Assembly: GCA_016840085.1 (NCBI GenBank) | Contig: JAEOTA010000081.1 | Span: 96,001 to 160,000, forward strand | Direction of reading: 5' to 3' | Length of the DNA: 64,000 bases | Origin: Promethearchaeota archaeon | GTDB lineage: Archaea > Asgardarchaeota > Lokiarchaeia > Sigyniarchaeales > SOKP01 | Shown here: positions 42,445 through 51,503 of the stretch, in pieces | Numbering within the stretch: the stretch's first letter is position 1 | How the letters are laid out: the number at the start of each line of letters is the position of its first letter | Translations under genes and position numbers: made by a program | The notes under the pieces: model-generated | Told to the model about the DNA's origin: nothing | What the model saw: only the letters and a program-made list of their open reading frames with translations | Database searches by the model: none

Positions 42445-43206
42445 TCATTTTATAATTCTATCCTTTTTAAGAGATCTTAAATATCCTTCATTTCGAATAT
42501 ATTTTTTATTAATTTCAATTAATTCGGGTCTTTCTTCTAATAACTTTAAAACATCATTCATCAAAAAAATCTTTTTTTTAGGATAAAGATATTTATAAAT
42601 TTCTCTTACAAATTGGAGATCTTCTTTCTCGTCAACAGTCCATCTCAGATGTGAAAGATTTTCAATATAAGATAAATTTTTTAACTTAAATTCTCCTGTA
42701 TCAGTAATGTAATTTGTAACATGTTCTCTCTGTGAAGTTAATTTTGCTTCTTTCCATGATTTTTCAAGGGCATAAAAAGAAAATCCTTCAACATCAAGAC
42801 CATCAGGATAAGTTGGTGGTCTAGTATTTGATGCATAATCACAATCTCCTTCTAAATATAAATCTACGACTTGATCAAATATTTTAGGATCAATTAAAGG
42901 ACAATCTGCAGTTATTCTTATTATAATGTCAACGCTATAAAGTTTTGCTGTCTGGTAATAACGGTCTAAAACATCATCACTACTTCCAGCAAAACTTTTT
43001 ATATTATATTGTTCAGCCAATTCTAATATTTTTTTATCTTGATTTAAATTTGTTGTTGCTATAATGATATCAGGAGAATATTTCGAATAATTCAATCGAT
43101 TGATATGATGCCATATCATTGGTTTTCTTTCGATGTCTGCCAATACTTTATTTGGTAATCTAGTAGAACCCATTCTTGCTTGAATTATAACGGCTAATTT
43201 AACCAT
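42445..43206 (-). CDS. spsF: SpsF-type cytidylyltransferase (CMP-nonulosonate synthetase-like)
   Basis: QARMGSTRLPNKVL, DVLDRY, RITADCPLIDP, PDGLDVE, REHVT and RWTVD. Confidence 0.88.
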   Translation of the reverse strand: MVKLAVIIQARMGSTRLPNKVLADIERKPMIWHHINRLNYSKYSPDIIIATTNLNQDKKILELAEQYNIKSFAGSSDDVLDRYYQTAKLYSVDIIIRITADCPLIDPKIFDQVVDLYLEGDCDYASNTRPPTYPDGLDVEGFSFYALEKSWKEAKLTSQREHVTNYITDTGEFKLKNLSYIENLSHLRWTVDEKEDLQFVREIYKYLYPKKKIFLMNDVLKLLEERPELIEINKKYIRNEGYLRSLKKDRIIK

Positions 43207-43282
43207 ATTTTCATAAACTCTTTAAAATTATTAAATATGTTATTTTATTTTTAATAGGAACTACTAATATTAAAAATTTAAA

Positions 43283-43750
43283 GTGAATTTTATGAATATT
43301 GATAGGCGTCTTATTGAAATAATTCCTGCTGAAAAAAATAATGAAAAACATAAAAAAAGAGTTTTAGAAATATTTAACCAAAATATTAATTTTTTCAATA
43401 TGACTAATAGGATTATTTCCTATGAAGAACATAGTAAATGGTGGGATTCTATTTTTAAAAAAGAAAAGATTTATCTAATTCTATTTAAAGGTGAAGTACA
43501 AGGCTATATTAGACTCTCAAAAATGAAAACAATTTCTAAAGAAAAACATGAAATGAGCATTGCTCTTGCTTCAAAAAACCAAAATTGTGGTATTGGAAGT
43601 ATAGCTTATCAAATGTTTGAAAAAGAAATGAAAAAGAAAGGAATAAAAGAAATTGTGGCAAAAACCATGGATGAGAATAAGAGAGCCCAAAATTTCTTTG
43701 AGAAGAATAATTTTCAACGCTCAATGGTAAGATATATTAAAAAAATTTGA
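43283..43750 (+). CDS. GNAT N-acyltransferase (PseH-like)
   Basis: ISYEEHSKWW, GYIRL, QNCGIGS and N.RAQNFFEK. Confidence 0.8.
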   Translation: MNFMNIDRRLIEIIPAEKNNEKHKKRVLEIFNQNINFFNMTNRIISYEEHSKWWDSIFKKEKIYLILFKGEVQGYIRLSKMKTISKEKHEMSIALASKNQNCGIGSIAYQMFEKEMKKKGIKEIVAKTMDENKRAQNFFEKNNFQRSMVRYIKKI

Positions 43751-43754
43751 AATC

Positions 43755-44819
43755 TTATTTCCTCTTAAAAGCATCTAATATAACTTGAGCAACACGATAT
43801 GCTCCCTTACCATCAAATAATGTTTGTCCTATTTGACTAATCTTTTTTCTTATATCAAGATTTTTTATTAAAGAATTTAGTTTATTTTTAATCATCTCAT
43901 CTGATACATTATTATGCCATCCTAAGTTAATTGTGCATTCTAATTCATTCATTTTTTTTGCCAAATTTTCCTGGTTCTCCGCAACTATAAAACTTATAGA
44001 AGGGGTTCCAGTAATTGCTAACTCGTATAATGTTCCTCCAGAAGTAGATAATGTAATATCACTTTTCATCATTAATTCACACATATTTGAGATATTATAA
44101 AAAAGTTCAATGTTATCAAATCTTTCTGCATAATTTTCTATTTCTTTTTCATTTCTGAACATGCAACCTATAATAACATTATATTTAAGATTAGATGAAT
44201 AACTATTAGTTTTTAGGATTCTTAATAATCTCAATGTTAAATTATGATTATCACTTCCTCCTGTTGTAATTAAAACCTCCTTTACATTTAAATTCACTAC
44301 TCTTTTTGCCAGATTTAAAAATTCAGCTCGAAATAAAATATATTTTGAACCTAACAAGAGAATAGTTGATTCATTTACATTAGAATAATAACTCTTTTTA
44401 GAAAAGATATTTCCATTAATTATGATATCCACAGGAACTCCATTCATACAAAAATCATCTATTAATACTAAGATTTTTAATTTATTTTTTAGAAATGTTA
44501 AATATTCCAATGAAGCTTGATAATGATCAACAATTAGACAATCAAGTTGAAGTTGTTGAATTATGTTTCCAATGAAATCCTTTTCATTTATCAAGTTCAG
44601 ATTTTTATTTCCAATGGATTTCTTTGCATTTGAAGGGATTTTTATTACAATATAGTTTTTATTGGTAATTATGTCATGTTCTTCATTTGAAATAAAGAAA
44701 ACTTTATAACCTCTATATTTGAATTCATCTGCCAAAGCCAAACATCGCATAATATGTCCTAAACCAATATCAGGGCTTCCATCAACTCTAAACCCTATAT
44801 TATATTTATATTCTACCAT
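43755..44819 (-). CDS. pseG: UDP-2,4-diacetamido-2,4,6-trideoxy-hexose hydrolase (PseG/SpsG family)
   Basis: RVDGSPDIGLGHIMRCLALA, IVDHY, IDD, TTGGSD and GGTLYEL...AENQ. Confidence 0.88.
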   Translation of the reverse strand: MVEYKYNIGFRVDGSPDIGLGHIMRCLALADEFKYRGYKVFFISNEEHDIITNKNYIVIKIPSNAKKSIGNKNLNLINEKDFIGNIIQQLQLDCLIVDHYQASLEYLTFLKNKLKILVLIDDFCMNGVPVDIIINGNIFSKKSYYSNVNESTILLLGSKYILFRAEFLNLAKRVVNLNVKEVLITTGGSDNHNLTLRLLRILKTNSYSSNLKYNVIIGCMFRNEKEIENYAERFDNIELFYNISNMCELMMKSDITLSTSGGTLYELAITGTPSISFIVAENQENLAKKMNELECTINLGWHNNVSDEMIKNKLNSLIKNLDIRKKISQIGQTLFDGKGAYRVAQVILDAFKRK

Positions 44820-44833
44820 ATAAATTACATTAT

Positions 44834-45517
44834 TTATCGAATTACTCTTACAGTTTTAAAAGGTTCAACATACTCCAAGCCAACTGATATACCCCAATAA
44901 TTTGAATTTATTTTTATTCCTTTTAGAGAGCGAGGATGAGGAAATTCTCGAATCTCGGATTTGTATGCTTTAAGCGCTTTTAATTTTAAATTTATTGTTT
45001 CTTTTATATCGAAAAAAACATCAGGAGAGAATGAAAAGGGATAATTCCATTCTGTAGAAGATGATACATAAAAAGAATAAATTTCTTTACAGGTTTCATT
45101 GATAAGGGGTCTAGTTGCCACTAATACCGCATTGTAAGTTAATTGATGATCAATATTTAGATCGGCCTTATAATGAGTAAATATGATGGTAGGATCGATC
45201 TTATTTTTTACTTGCTCAATTTTTTTGACTATCTTTAATAATGATACTGAATCAAAACTATTATCCGGAAGATCGTTAAAAATTATTTCCTTAATTCCAA
45301 GAATTTCATTTGCTTTTATTGCTTGCTCTTTTAATTCTTTTATCTCTTCTTTAAACGTATCTTGCTTACTCGAATCACTTCTTGAAGTTACTCCTTCTCC
45401 TAATATTAATGTTGTGGCTTGATATCCCTCTTTTATTAATTTCGCTACTGTGGCACCACAACCTAATACTTCATCATCTGGATGAGCAGCAACGATTAAA
45501 ATTTTTTTCATATTCAA
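44834..45517 (-). CDS. PIG-L/LmbE family N-deacetylase
   Basis: AAHPDDEVLG, DLNIDH and PHPRS; AGGAG upstream. Confidence 0.92.
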   Translation of the reverse strand: MNMKKILIVAAHPDDEVLGCGATVAKLIKEGYQATTLILGEGVTSRSDSSKQDTFKEEIKELKEQAIKANEILGIKEIIFNDLPDNSFDSVSLLKIVKKIEQVKNKIDPTIIFTHYKADLNIDHQLTYNAVLVATRPLINETCKEIYSFYVSSSTEWNYPFSFSPDVFFDIKETINLKLKALKAYKSEIREFPHPRSLKGIKINSNYWGISVGLEYVEPFKTVRVIR

Positions 45518-45580
45518 TTTTTTACTCCTATTATTCTAAATTATTTTAATATCTCGTTTCTATTTATTATCTCTTTCACT

Positions 45581-46222
45581 CTATTGTGATAGTAATTTTA
45601 ATTTTTCATTGACAATATCTCTTAATTTCTGATGCATCCAAAAATATCTTTTTCCTTCTGATGGTTTTTGCTTAGTTACCTTCACAGTATTATTAATTAT
45701 TTGTTTTATAGCTTCAGCTAAAGCAATATAACGATTATTATAATAGTTCCTTCGAGTAATAGTTTCAACATTATCTCCAGGTTCTATTTTTAATTTTCTT
45801 GTTAATATTATATCACCTGTATCTGCATTTTCATCAACGAAATGGACAGAAACTCCAATATCACCATCTTCTAAAATAGCCCATCTTCTGACATCAAATC
45901 CTCTGTATTTAGGGAGAATGCCTGCATGAACGTTAATGATATATTTTGGAATTCTAATAATTTCTTTTTTTATTATCTTACTACACATTAGAAAAACAAG
46001 ATCGGATTTAATTTGCTTAAGATAATCAATTGTTTCTTGAGAATTTAATTCAGATACAAAAAAAACATTGAAATTATTTACTTGTGAATATTCCAACAAA
46101 AGGTAATATTTCTCTTTATCACCTTTTACAACTACATCATTGACTTTTATGTTTTGAGTTTGTAGATAAAAAATAGCATGAATAATTGCTGATTTTACAT
46201 CGGTTAGCATGGTAATATTCAT
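45581..46222 (-). CDS. Sugar N-formyltransferase family
   Basis: INVHAGILPKYRG and HFVDENADTGDI. Confidence 0.9.
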   Translation of the reverse strand: MNITMLTDVKSAIIHAIFYLQTQNIKVNDVVVKGDKEKYYLLLEYSQVNNFNVFFVSELNSQETIDYLKQIKSDLVFLMCSKIIKKEIIRIPKYIINVHAGILPKYRGFDVRRWAILEDGDIGVSVHFVDENADTGDIILTRKLKIEPGDNVETITRRNYYNNRYIALAEAIKQIINNTVKVTKQKPSEGKRYFWMHQKLRDIVNEKLKLLSQ

Positions 46223-46239
46223 TAGATCTCAATATTTTG

Positions 46240-46515
46240 TTATTTAATTACCATTTCTTTTATTTTATTTAGTATTTCTTTTTCTAAAAGATTAATTCTT
46301 TCAATCTCGGATATTTTTAGAATTTTATTTTGTTGTCTTAAAAAATCATTAATTTTTAAAGATGTATTAAAAAATCTTTTATCATTTAATGTTTTAGTAA
46401 ATTCCATAAATTTTAAAGAAGTAAGATATAATTCTTTAATTTCCTCAGAACTTAATTCTTTATTCCAAGGTTTTGATAACTCTATTCTTATCATAGATTC
46501 TTCTATATCACTCAT
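46240..46515 (-). CDS. Small hypothetical protein within the operon
   Basis: 91 aa; ATGA overlap with the upstream methyltransferase; 17 bp to the formyltransferase. Confidence 0.65.
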   Translation of the reverse strand: MSDIEESMIRIELSKPWNKELSSEEIKELYLTSLKFMEFTKTLNDKRFFNTSLKINDFLRQQNKILKISEIERINLLEKEILNKIKEMVIK

Positions 46516-47183
46516 TTCCTTGCCATCACAATATATTCTGCTAATCTCAGATGGCTTTTTTTCTCATCTAAGATACAATTAAGTTTATGTTCTAAAATAT
46601 CCTCAATCATAAAGTCTTTTAAAACATCTATAATCTCATCTTTACTGAAAAAATGTGCTATATCTGAATGAGAATATGAACCCTCTTTAAAATTTGTATA
46701 AGTATTTTTTTCAAATTCTTCTCCATAGATTAGATCGGGATGATTTAAATTTGGTAAAAAACCGATATAAATTCCCTCTTTTTTAAGAACTCTATAAACT
46801 TCATTAAAAATTAATTTAATATCTTTCCAGATATTGCAATAAATTGAAGCTCGATCTATTATACAATTAAAAAAATCATTTTCATAAGGTAAATTTTTAA
46901 AATTTCCTACAATGCATTGAGCATTTAAATTTTCCTGTTTTAATCTCTTCTTTGTTATTTCCACTCCTTTTGGAGCGCCATCAATGGCATATGTTTTAAA
47001 TCCTTCTTTTGCTAAAAAATATGTATTATTTCCCCCTCCACATCCTAAGTCTAAGATTTTTATTTGTTGTCTTTCTTTCACTGCAAATAAATTCATAACC
47101 AATGAAACTAAAATATCATATGGCCAATTATTATATCGGCCTTTCTGGTAGTTCCTTTCCCATGCTTCAATTTCTTTTTCCAT
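46512..47183 (-). CDS. Class I SAM methyltransferase
   Basis: ILDLGCGGG, LPYENDFF and RVLKKEG; GAGG upstream. Confidence 0.92.
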   Translation of the reverse strand: MEKEIEAWERNYQKGRYNNWPYDILVSLVMNLFAVKERQQIKILDLGCGGGNNTYFLAKEGFKTYAIDGAPKGVEITKKRLKQENLNAQCIVGNFKNLPYENDFFNCIIDRASIYCNIWKDIKLIFNEVYRVLKKEGIYIGFLPNLNHPDLIYGEEFEKNTYTNFKEGSYSHSDIAHFFSKDEIIDVLKDFMIEDILEHKLNCILDEKKSHLRLAEYIVMARK

Positions 47184-47197
47184 TAATATAAAACCTC

Positions 47198-48256
47198 TCA
47201 GGAATTAAAATATTTGTTCTTTTTTATAAATAATTCATTCCAATACCTAATCATTTTAGTTTCTTGAACTTGTAGATTTTTTTCAATGGGAAGCCCCATT
47301 GCTAATTCTACTGCCTTTGCTAAGATATTTATGCCTGCTGCAGCATTAATTACGATAGATGCTCCCACTCTTGCATTAATTTCATATATCATAGGTAGGT
47401 TTTTTTCAATATTATAAGCCACTTCAATATTTAAACAATAATCAAATTTGAATATATTTACAACTTTTTTTACTAAATCATATACTTTCTTGTCTTCTTT
47501 AACAAGTCCTACTTTAACAGGTCCCGCTTTAGGAATCAAACGGACATTTGGAACAATATAGTAAGAAAAACCATTCTTTGCTAACACATCAACATTAAAA
47601 TCTTCACCTTCTAAATATGCCATTAATAATATTGATGGAAATGAATCAGCTTTAGTTAAAATCTCATGAACCTTTTCTAGACATGTGGTTTGTCTGTCTC
47701 TATCTTTTAAAAGACCATATACTTCATCATAATTCGCATCTAAAACCCAAAATCCTCGAGCTCCTCGTGAAAAATTTGGTTTTAAAACTATCTTTTTTTC
47801 AGGATAACCCAAATCTCCAGCATATTTAACTAATTCGTCACAATCATTAGGGATTCGAAATTTAGGAACCTCAATACCTTTTCTTTTTAGATACTTAAGC
47901 ATTTCCCCTTTATTAAAAGCAATTTTACATATATTATAATCAGAACATAAAGGTGTTATCCCATTGGCTAAGAATTTTTCTTTTTCTTTGGCTAATGCTA
48001 GTGTTTCTTCATCTGATGTAGGAATTATAAAACTTACTTTTTCCTTAAGTGCAATCTCTAAAATTTTATCACTATAATCTAAGTCACTTCCTAATGGTAC
48101 TTTATAATAAGTATCAGCAAAATGAAATCCAACTGCATCTTCCGAAGCATCTACAGCAACAATATAAATATTATTAAAATAGCTTCTTAGAGAATTAATC
48201 ATCGAGGGAATTACAAGCCCTCCTGAACTGGTTAATATTAATCTAATCTGTTCCAT
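47198..48256 (-). CDS. ATP-grasp ligase (CarB-like/PylC-like)
   Basis: IIPTSDEE, NKG, LKPNFSRGARG and YEINARVG. Confidence 0.88.
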   Translation of the reverse strand: MEQIRLILTSSGGLVIPSMINSLRSYFNNIYIVAVDASEDAVGFHFADTYYKVPLGSDLDYSDKILEIALKEKVSFIIPTSDEETLALAKEKEKFLANGITPLCSDYNICKIAFNKGEMLKYLKRKGIEVPKFRIPNDCDELVKYAGDLGYPEKKIVLKPNFSRGARGFWVLDANYDEVYGLLKDRDRQTTCLEKVHEILTKADSFPSILLMAYLEGEDFNVDVLAKNGFSYYIVPNVRLIPKAGPVKVGLVKEDKKVYDLVKKVVNIFKFDYCLNIEVAYNIEKNLPMIYEINARVGASIVINAAAGINILAKAVELAMGLPIEKNLQVQETKMIRYWNELFIKKNKYFNS

Positions 48257-49280
48257 TTAGCATATCCCATCTGATAATATCTTTAGATTTAATATTGATA
48301 AGGGCTTTTTTTCGTGGAACCTTTTTTTCAAAATTTTCCAAGGTAGGTTTAATTCCTGACGCGGGTCTTGCTGTATCAAGCATATCCTGGGTTATTATAG
48401 TTCCTTTAGGAATATCTACTTTTGCCATTATACTTCGTCTTCCTTGAGAAATATTCTTTTTTTCTTCGGGATAAATTGTTTTGTTTTTACTCCCTAATGC
48501 CTTTTCAACGATTTTTATTCCATCAACCATCATCTTAAATTCTTCTGGTTGCATAGCAAAGGGATGATCTGGTCCTTCTAAATTCCTATTTATTGTTAAA
48601 TGCTTTTCCACTACACATGCCCCTAAAGCAACTGATGCTATTGCAGGAAAGATTGAAAGAGAATGACCTGAATAACCAATAGGATAAGAGAATACTTTTT
48701 TAAATGTTTTAATTACATTTAAATCTATAGTATCTATTTCACTAGGATACATCGTAGTACATTGGAGGATTAATATCTTTCTATTACCTTGCCCTTCAAT
48801 GACTCCAATGGCTTCTTTAATCTCCTCAATACTTGATCCCCCACTCGACAATAATATCAGTTTTCCTTTAGAGGCGATATATTTCAACTTAGGATGGTCA
48901 GTAATTTGAACTCCGCCCCATTTATATAGAGGGGTATTAAATTCCTCTAAAATATCACAATCTTCATAATCTGAAGGAGTTGAAAATAAAATAATTTTTC
49001 TTTTATTACTATATTCAATTAATTCTTCTAGCCAATCGAGTTTGAATTCATATTTCTTTAAATAATTAATATTCAACCATTCTTGTTTTTCATTATGCAT
49101 CGAAATAAATTTTTTAGCCTGCCAAGTTTGAATTTTAATAGCATCAGCACCTGCCCACTTTGCTTTATCAATTAAATTTTTTGCCATTTTAATCGAACCA
49201 TTGTGATTAGCACCCATTTCAGCAATGATAAATACTGGACAATTATCGCCAATTTCGATATTATGAACTTTAAACTTTAT
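48243..49280 (-). CDS. neuB: Nonulosonic acid synthase (NeuB/PseI/SpsE family) with a C-terminal SAF domain
   Basis: FIIAEMGANHNG, KIQT, LQCTTMYP, GYSGH, EKHLT, GPDH and RRS...RPASGI. The frame extends 21 codons upstream of the called ATG to an ATA at 49280 preceded by GGTGA. Confidence 0.9.
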   Translation of the reverse strand: MKFKVHNIEIGDNCPVFIIAEMGANHNGSIKMAKNLIDKAKWAGADAIKIQTWQAKKFISMHNEKQEWLNINYLKKYEFKLDWLEELIEYSNKRKIILFSTPSDYEDCDILEEFNTPLYKWGGVQITDHPKLKYIASKGKLILLSSGGSSIEEIKEAIGVIEGQGNRKILILQCTTMYPSEIDTIDLNVIKTFKKVFSYPIGYSGHSLSIFPAIASVALGACVVEKHLTINRNLEGPDHPFAMQPEEFKMMVDGIKIVEKALGSKNKTIYPEEKKNISQGRRSIMAKVDIPKGTIITQDMLDTARPASGIKPTLENFEKKVPRKKALINIKSKDIIRWDMLNGTD

Positions 49281-49341
49281 TTAAATCACCAATCCAATTA
49301 AGCAAATACAAAAATTACAACATTTGGTAATAGAAAATCTA

Positions 49342-50535
49342 CTATTTGCTATAGAAATTTATGATCTTTTCTAAAGCATTAATAACATCATATACATCTT
49401 TATCATTCATTTTAGAAAATAATGGAATGGTTAATAGTCTTGGATATAACCATTCAACATTGGGTAAAATACCTTTATTTAATCCAAATCTTTTCTGATA
49501 ATAAGAATGATAATGAACAGGAATATAATGTACATTAACTCCAATATTCTCTTCTCTTAAAGCTTTAAATATAAAATCTCTGTCACGTCTTAATTTTTCA
49601 AGTTCTAATTGAATTACGTATAAATGCCAAGAGTGTTTAATATTATTCTTTACATAAGGAAGCTTAACCTCTTCAATACTTTTTAACTCTCTCTCATAAA
49701 TTTTAACTATTTCACGTCTTCTTTTTTGGAAATCCTGTAATTTATTTAATTGATGAATTCCAAGAGAGGCGTGAAGTTCACTCATATTATATCTAAATCC
49801 TAAATATTTCATATCATAATAAAAATCTCCTGATTTTCCAAATCTTTTTATAGCATCCTTAGAAATCCCATGCGTTCTAAACATAAGGAGTTTTTCATAC
49901 AATTCTTCACTATTAGTTGTTACCATTCCTCCTTCAGCAGTAGTCATATTTTTTACAGGATGAAAACTAAATACTGTCAAATCACTAATATTTCCGATTT
50001 TCTTACCATTATATTCAGCATCAATTGCATGAGCAGCATCCTCAATAATATATAAATCGTTTTCTTGAGCAATTTCACAAATTTCATCCATATCACATGG
50101 TTGCCCTGCAAAATGAACTGGAATTATTGCTTTAGTCTTAGGGGTAATTTTTTTCTTAATCTCATTTGGATCAATATTGTAAGTATTCTTTTTAATATCA
50201 GCAAATATTGGTGTTCCTCCTCTATATACTACACAATTAGCTGATGCAACAAAAGTTAGTGGAGTAGTTATTACCTCATCTCCAGGTTTAATATCTATAC
50301 TTGAAGTAGACACATGCAGAGCTGCAGTTCCAGAATTTACAGCAATAGCGTACTTTGACCCTATAAACTTTTTAAAATGTTCTTCAAATAATCTCATTTT
50401 AGGGCCAGTAGTAATCCAATTAGATTTCAATGAATCAACAACTTCCTTTATTTCTTTATCATTTAACCATTGTATACCGTAAGGAAGAAAGTTATCTCTG
50501 ACAGGTTTTCCACCTTCAATTGCAGGTTTTTCCAT
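49342..50535 (-). CDS. pseC: UDP-4-keto-6-deoxy-HexNAc aminotransferase (PseC/SpsC, DegT family)
   Basis: LPYGIQW, NSGTAALH, EDAAHA, FSFHPVKNMTTAEGG and VNVHYIPVH. Confidence 0.88.
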   Translation of the reverse strand: MEKPAIEGGKPVRDNFLPYGIQWLNDKEIKEVVDSLKSNWITTGPKMRLFEEHFKKFIGSKYAIAVNSGTAALHVSTSSIDIKPGDEVITTPLTFVASANCVVYRGGTPIFADIKKNTYNIDPNEIKKKITPKTKAIIPVHFAGQPCDMDEICEIAQENDLYIIEDAAHAIDAEYNGKKIGNISDLTVFSFHPVKNMTTAEGGMVTTNSEELYEKLLMFRTHGISKDAIKRFGKSGDFYYDMKYLGFRYNMSELHASLGIHQLNKLQDFQKRRREIVKIYERELKSIEEVKLPYVKNNIKHSWHLYVIQLELEKLRRDRDFIFKALREENIGVNVHYIPVHYHSYYQKRFGLNKGILPNVEWLYPRLLTIPLFSKMNDKDVYDVINALEKIINFYSK

Positions 50536-51485
50536 TATTTACCCCTCTCAAATTTCATTATCCAATTTTCTAGTTTTTGTATTCCCTCTTTTAATGGTGT
50601 TTTTGGTTCCCAATTTAATAGATTTTTTGCTTTAGAGTTATCACATACTAATTTCATTATCTCACTTTGAGGATGGTGATGTTTAACGTGTTTTATAAGG
50701 TTCTCGTCATCTGCAATGAGCTTTGCTAATTCATTTATAGATATATCATTCCCCATCCCCGCGTTAATTACTTCTCCTATACAATTTTCATTTTCTGAAG
50801 CACCTACAATAAAATCAGCACAATCCTCAACATATAGAAAATCTCTAGTTTGGGTTCCATCTCCAAAAATCTTTAATTTTTCACCTTTATTTTTGAGTTT
50901 AACGAATATAGAAATAACTCCTCCTTCCATATTTGTTTTTTGAAACGGTCCATAAGTATTAAATGGTCTTAATACGACAATTGGCAAACCTAGGCCATAG
51001 TAATAAGAAAATGCTAATTCTTCAGCAGCAATTTTAGAACCTGCATAAGGGGATCTAGGTTTAATTCGATGTGTTTCAGATATAGCAACTTTTGTGTCTG
51101 CCATATCATAAACTAAACACGTACCAATTATAACAACTTTCGAATTTGTCTTACGTGCAGCTTCAAGAATGTGATATGTGCCGAGTACGTTAATTTCAAA
51201 AGCTCTATCAGGGTGTTCTATGCTTTCTTGTACATCTATTTGAGCTGCAAGGTGAATACAGGTTGAAATCTTAAATTTTCCAAATATATTTTCAATGATA
51301 GCTCTATTTCTGATATCATCAATAATTATATCTATTAGATTTTCATTTTCTTTAAACTCATCTAAATTTTCTATTCGACTATTGCTTAGGTTATCAATGA
51401 CAATTACTTTCTTCTTATCTTGCAATAATTTTTTAACTACCCATCTACCAATAAATCCTGCGCCACCTGTAACTAAAACAACCAC
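50535..51485 (-). CDS. NAD-dependent nucleotide-sugar epimerase/dehydratase (extended SDR)
   Basis: VTGGAGFIG, HLAA, YAGSK, RPFNTYGP and GDGTQTRDF; TAATG overlap with pseC. Confidence 0.93.
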   Translation of the reverse strand: MVVLVTGGAGFIGRWVVKKLLQDKKKVIVIDNLSNSRIENLDEFKENENLIDIIIDDIRNRAIIENIFGKFKISTCIHLAAQIDVQESIEHPDRAFEINVLGTYHILEAARKTNSKVVIIGTCLVYDMADTKVAISETHRIKPRSPYAGSKIAAEELAFSYYYGLGLPIVVLRPFNTYGPFQKTNMEGGVISIFVKLKNKGEKLKIFGDGTQTRDFLYVEDCADFIVGASENENCIGEVINAGMGNDISINELAKLIADDENLIKHVKHHHPQSEIMKLVCDNSKAKNLLNWEPKTPLKEGIQKLENWIMKFERGK

Positions 51486-51503
51486 TTTAAAAACTCTGAG
51501 ATT

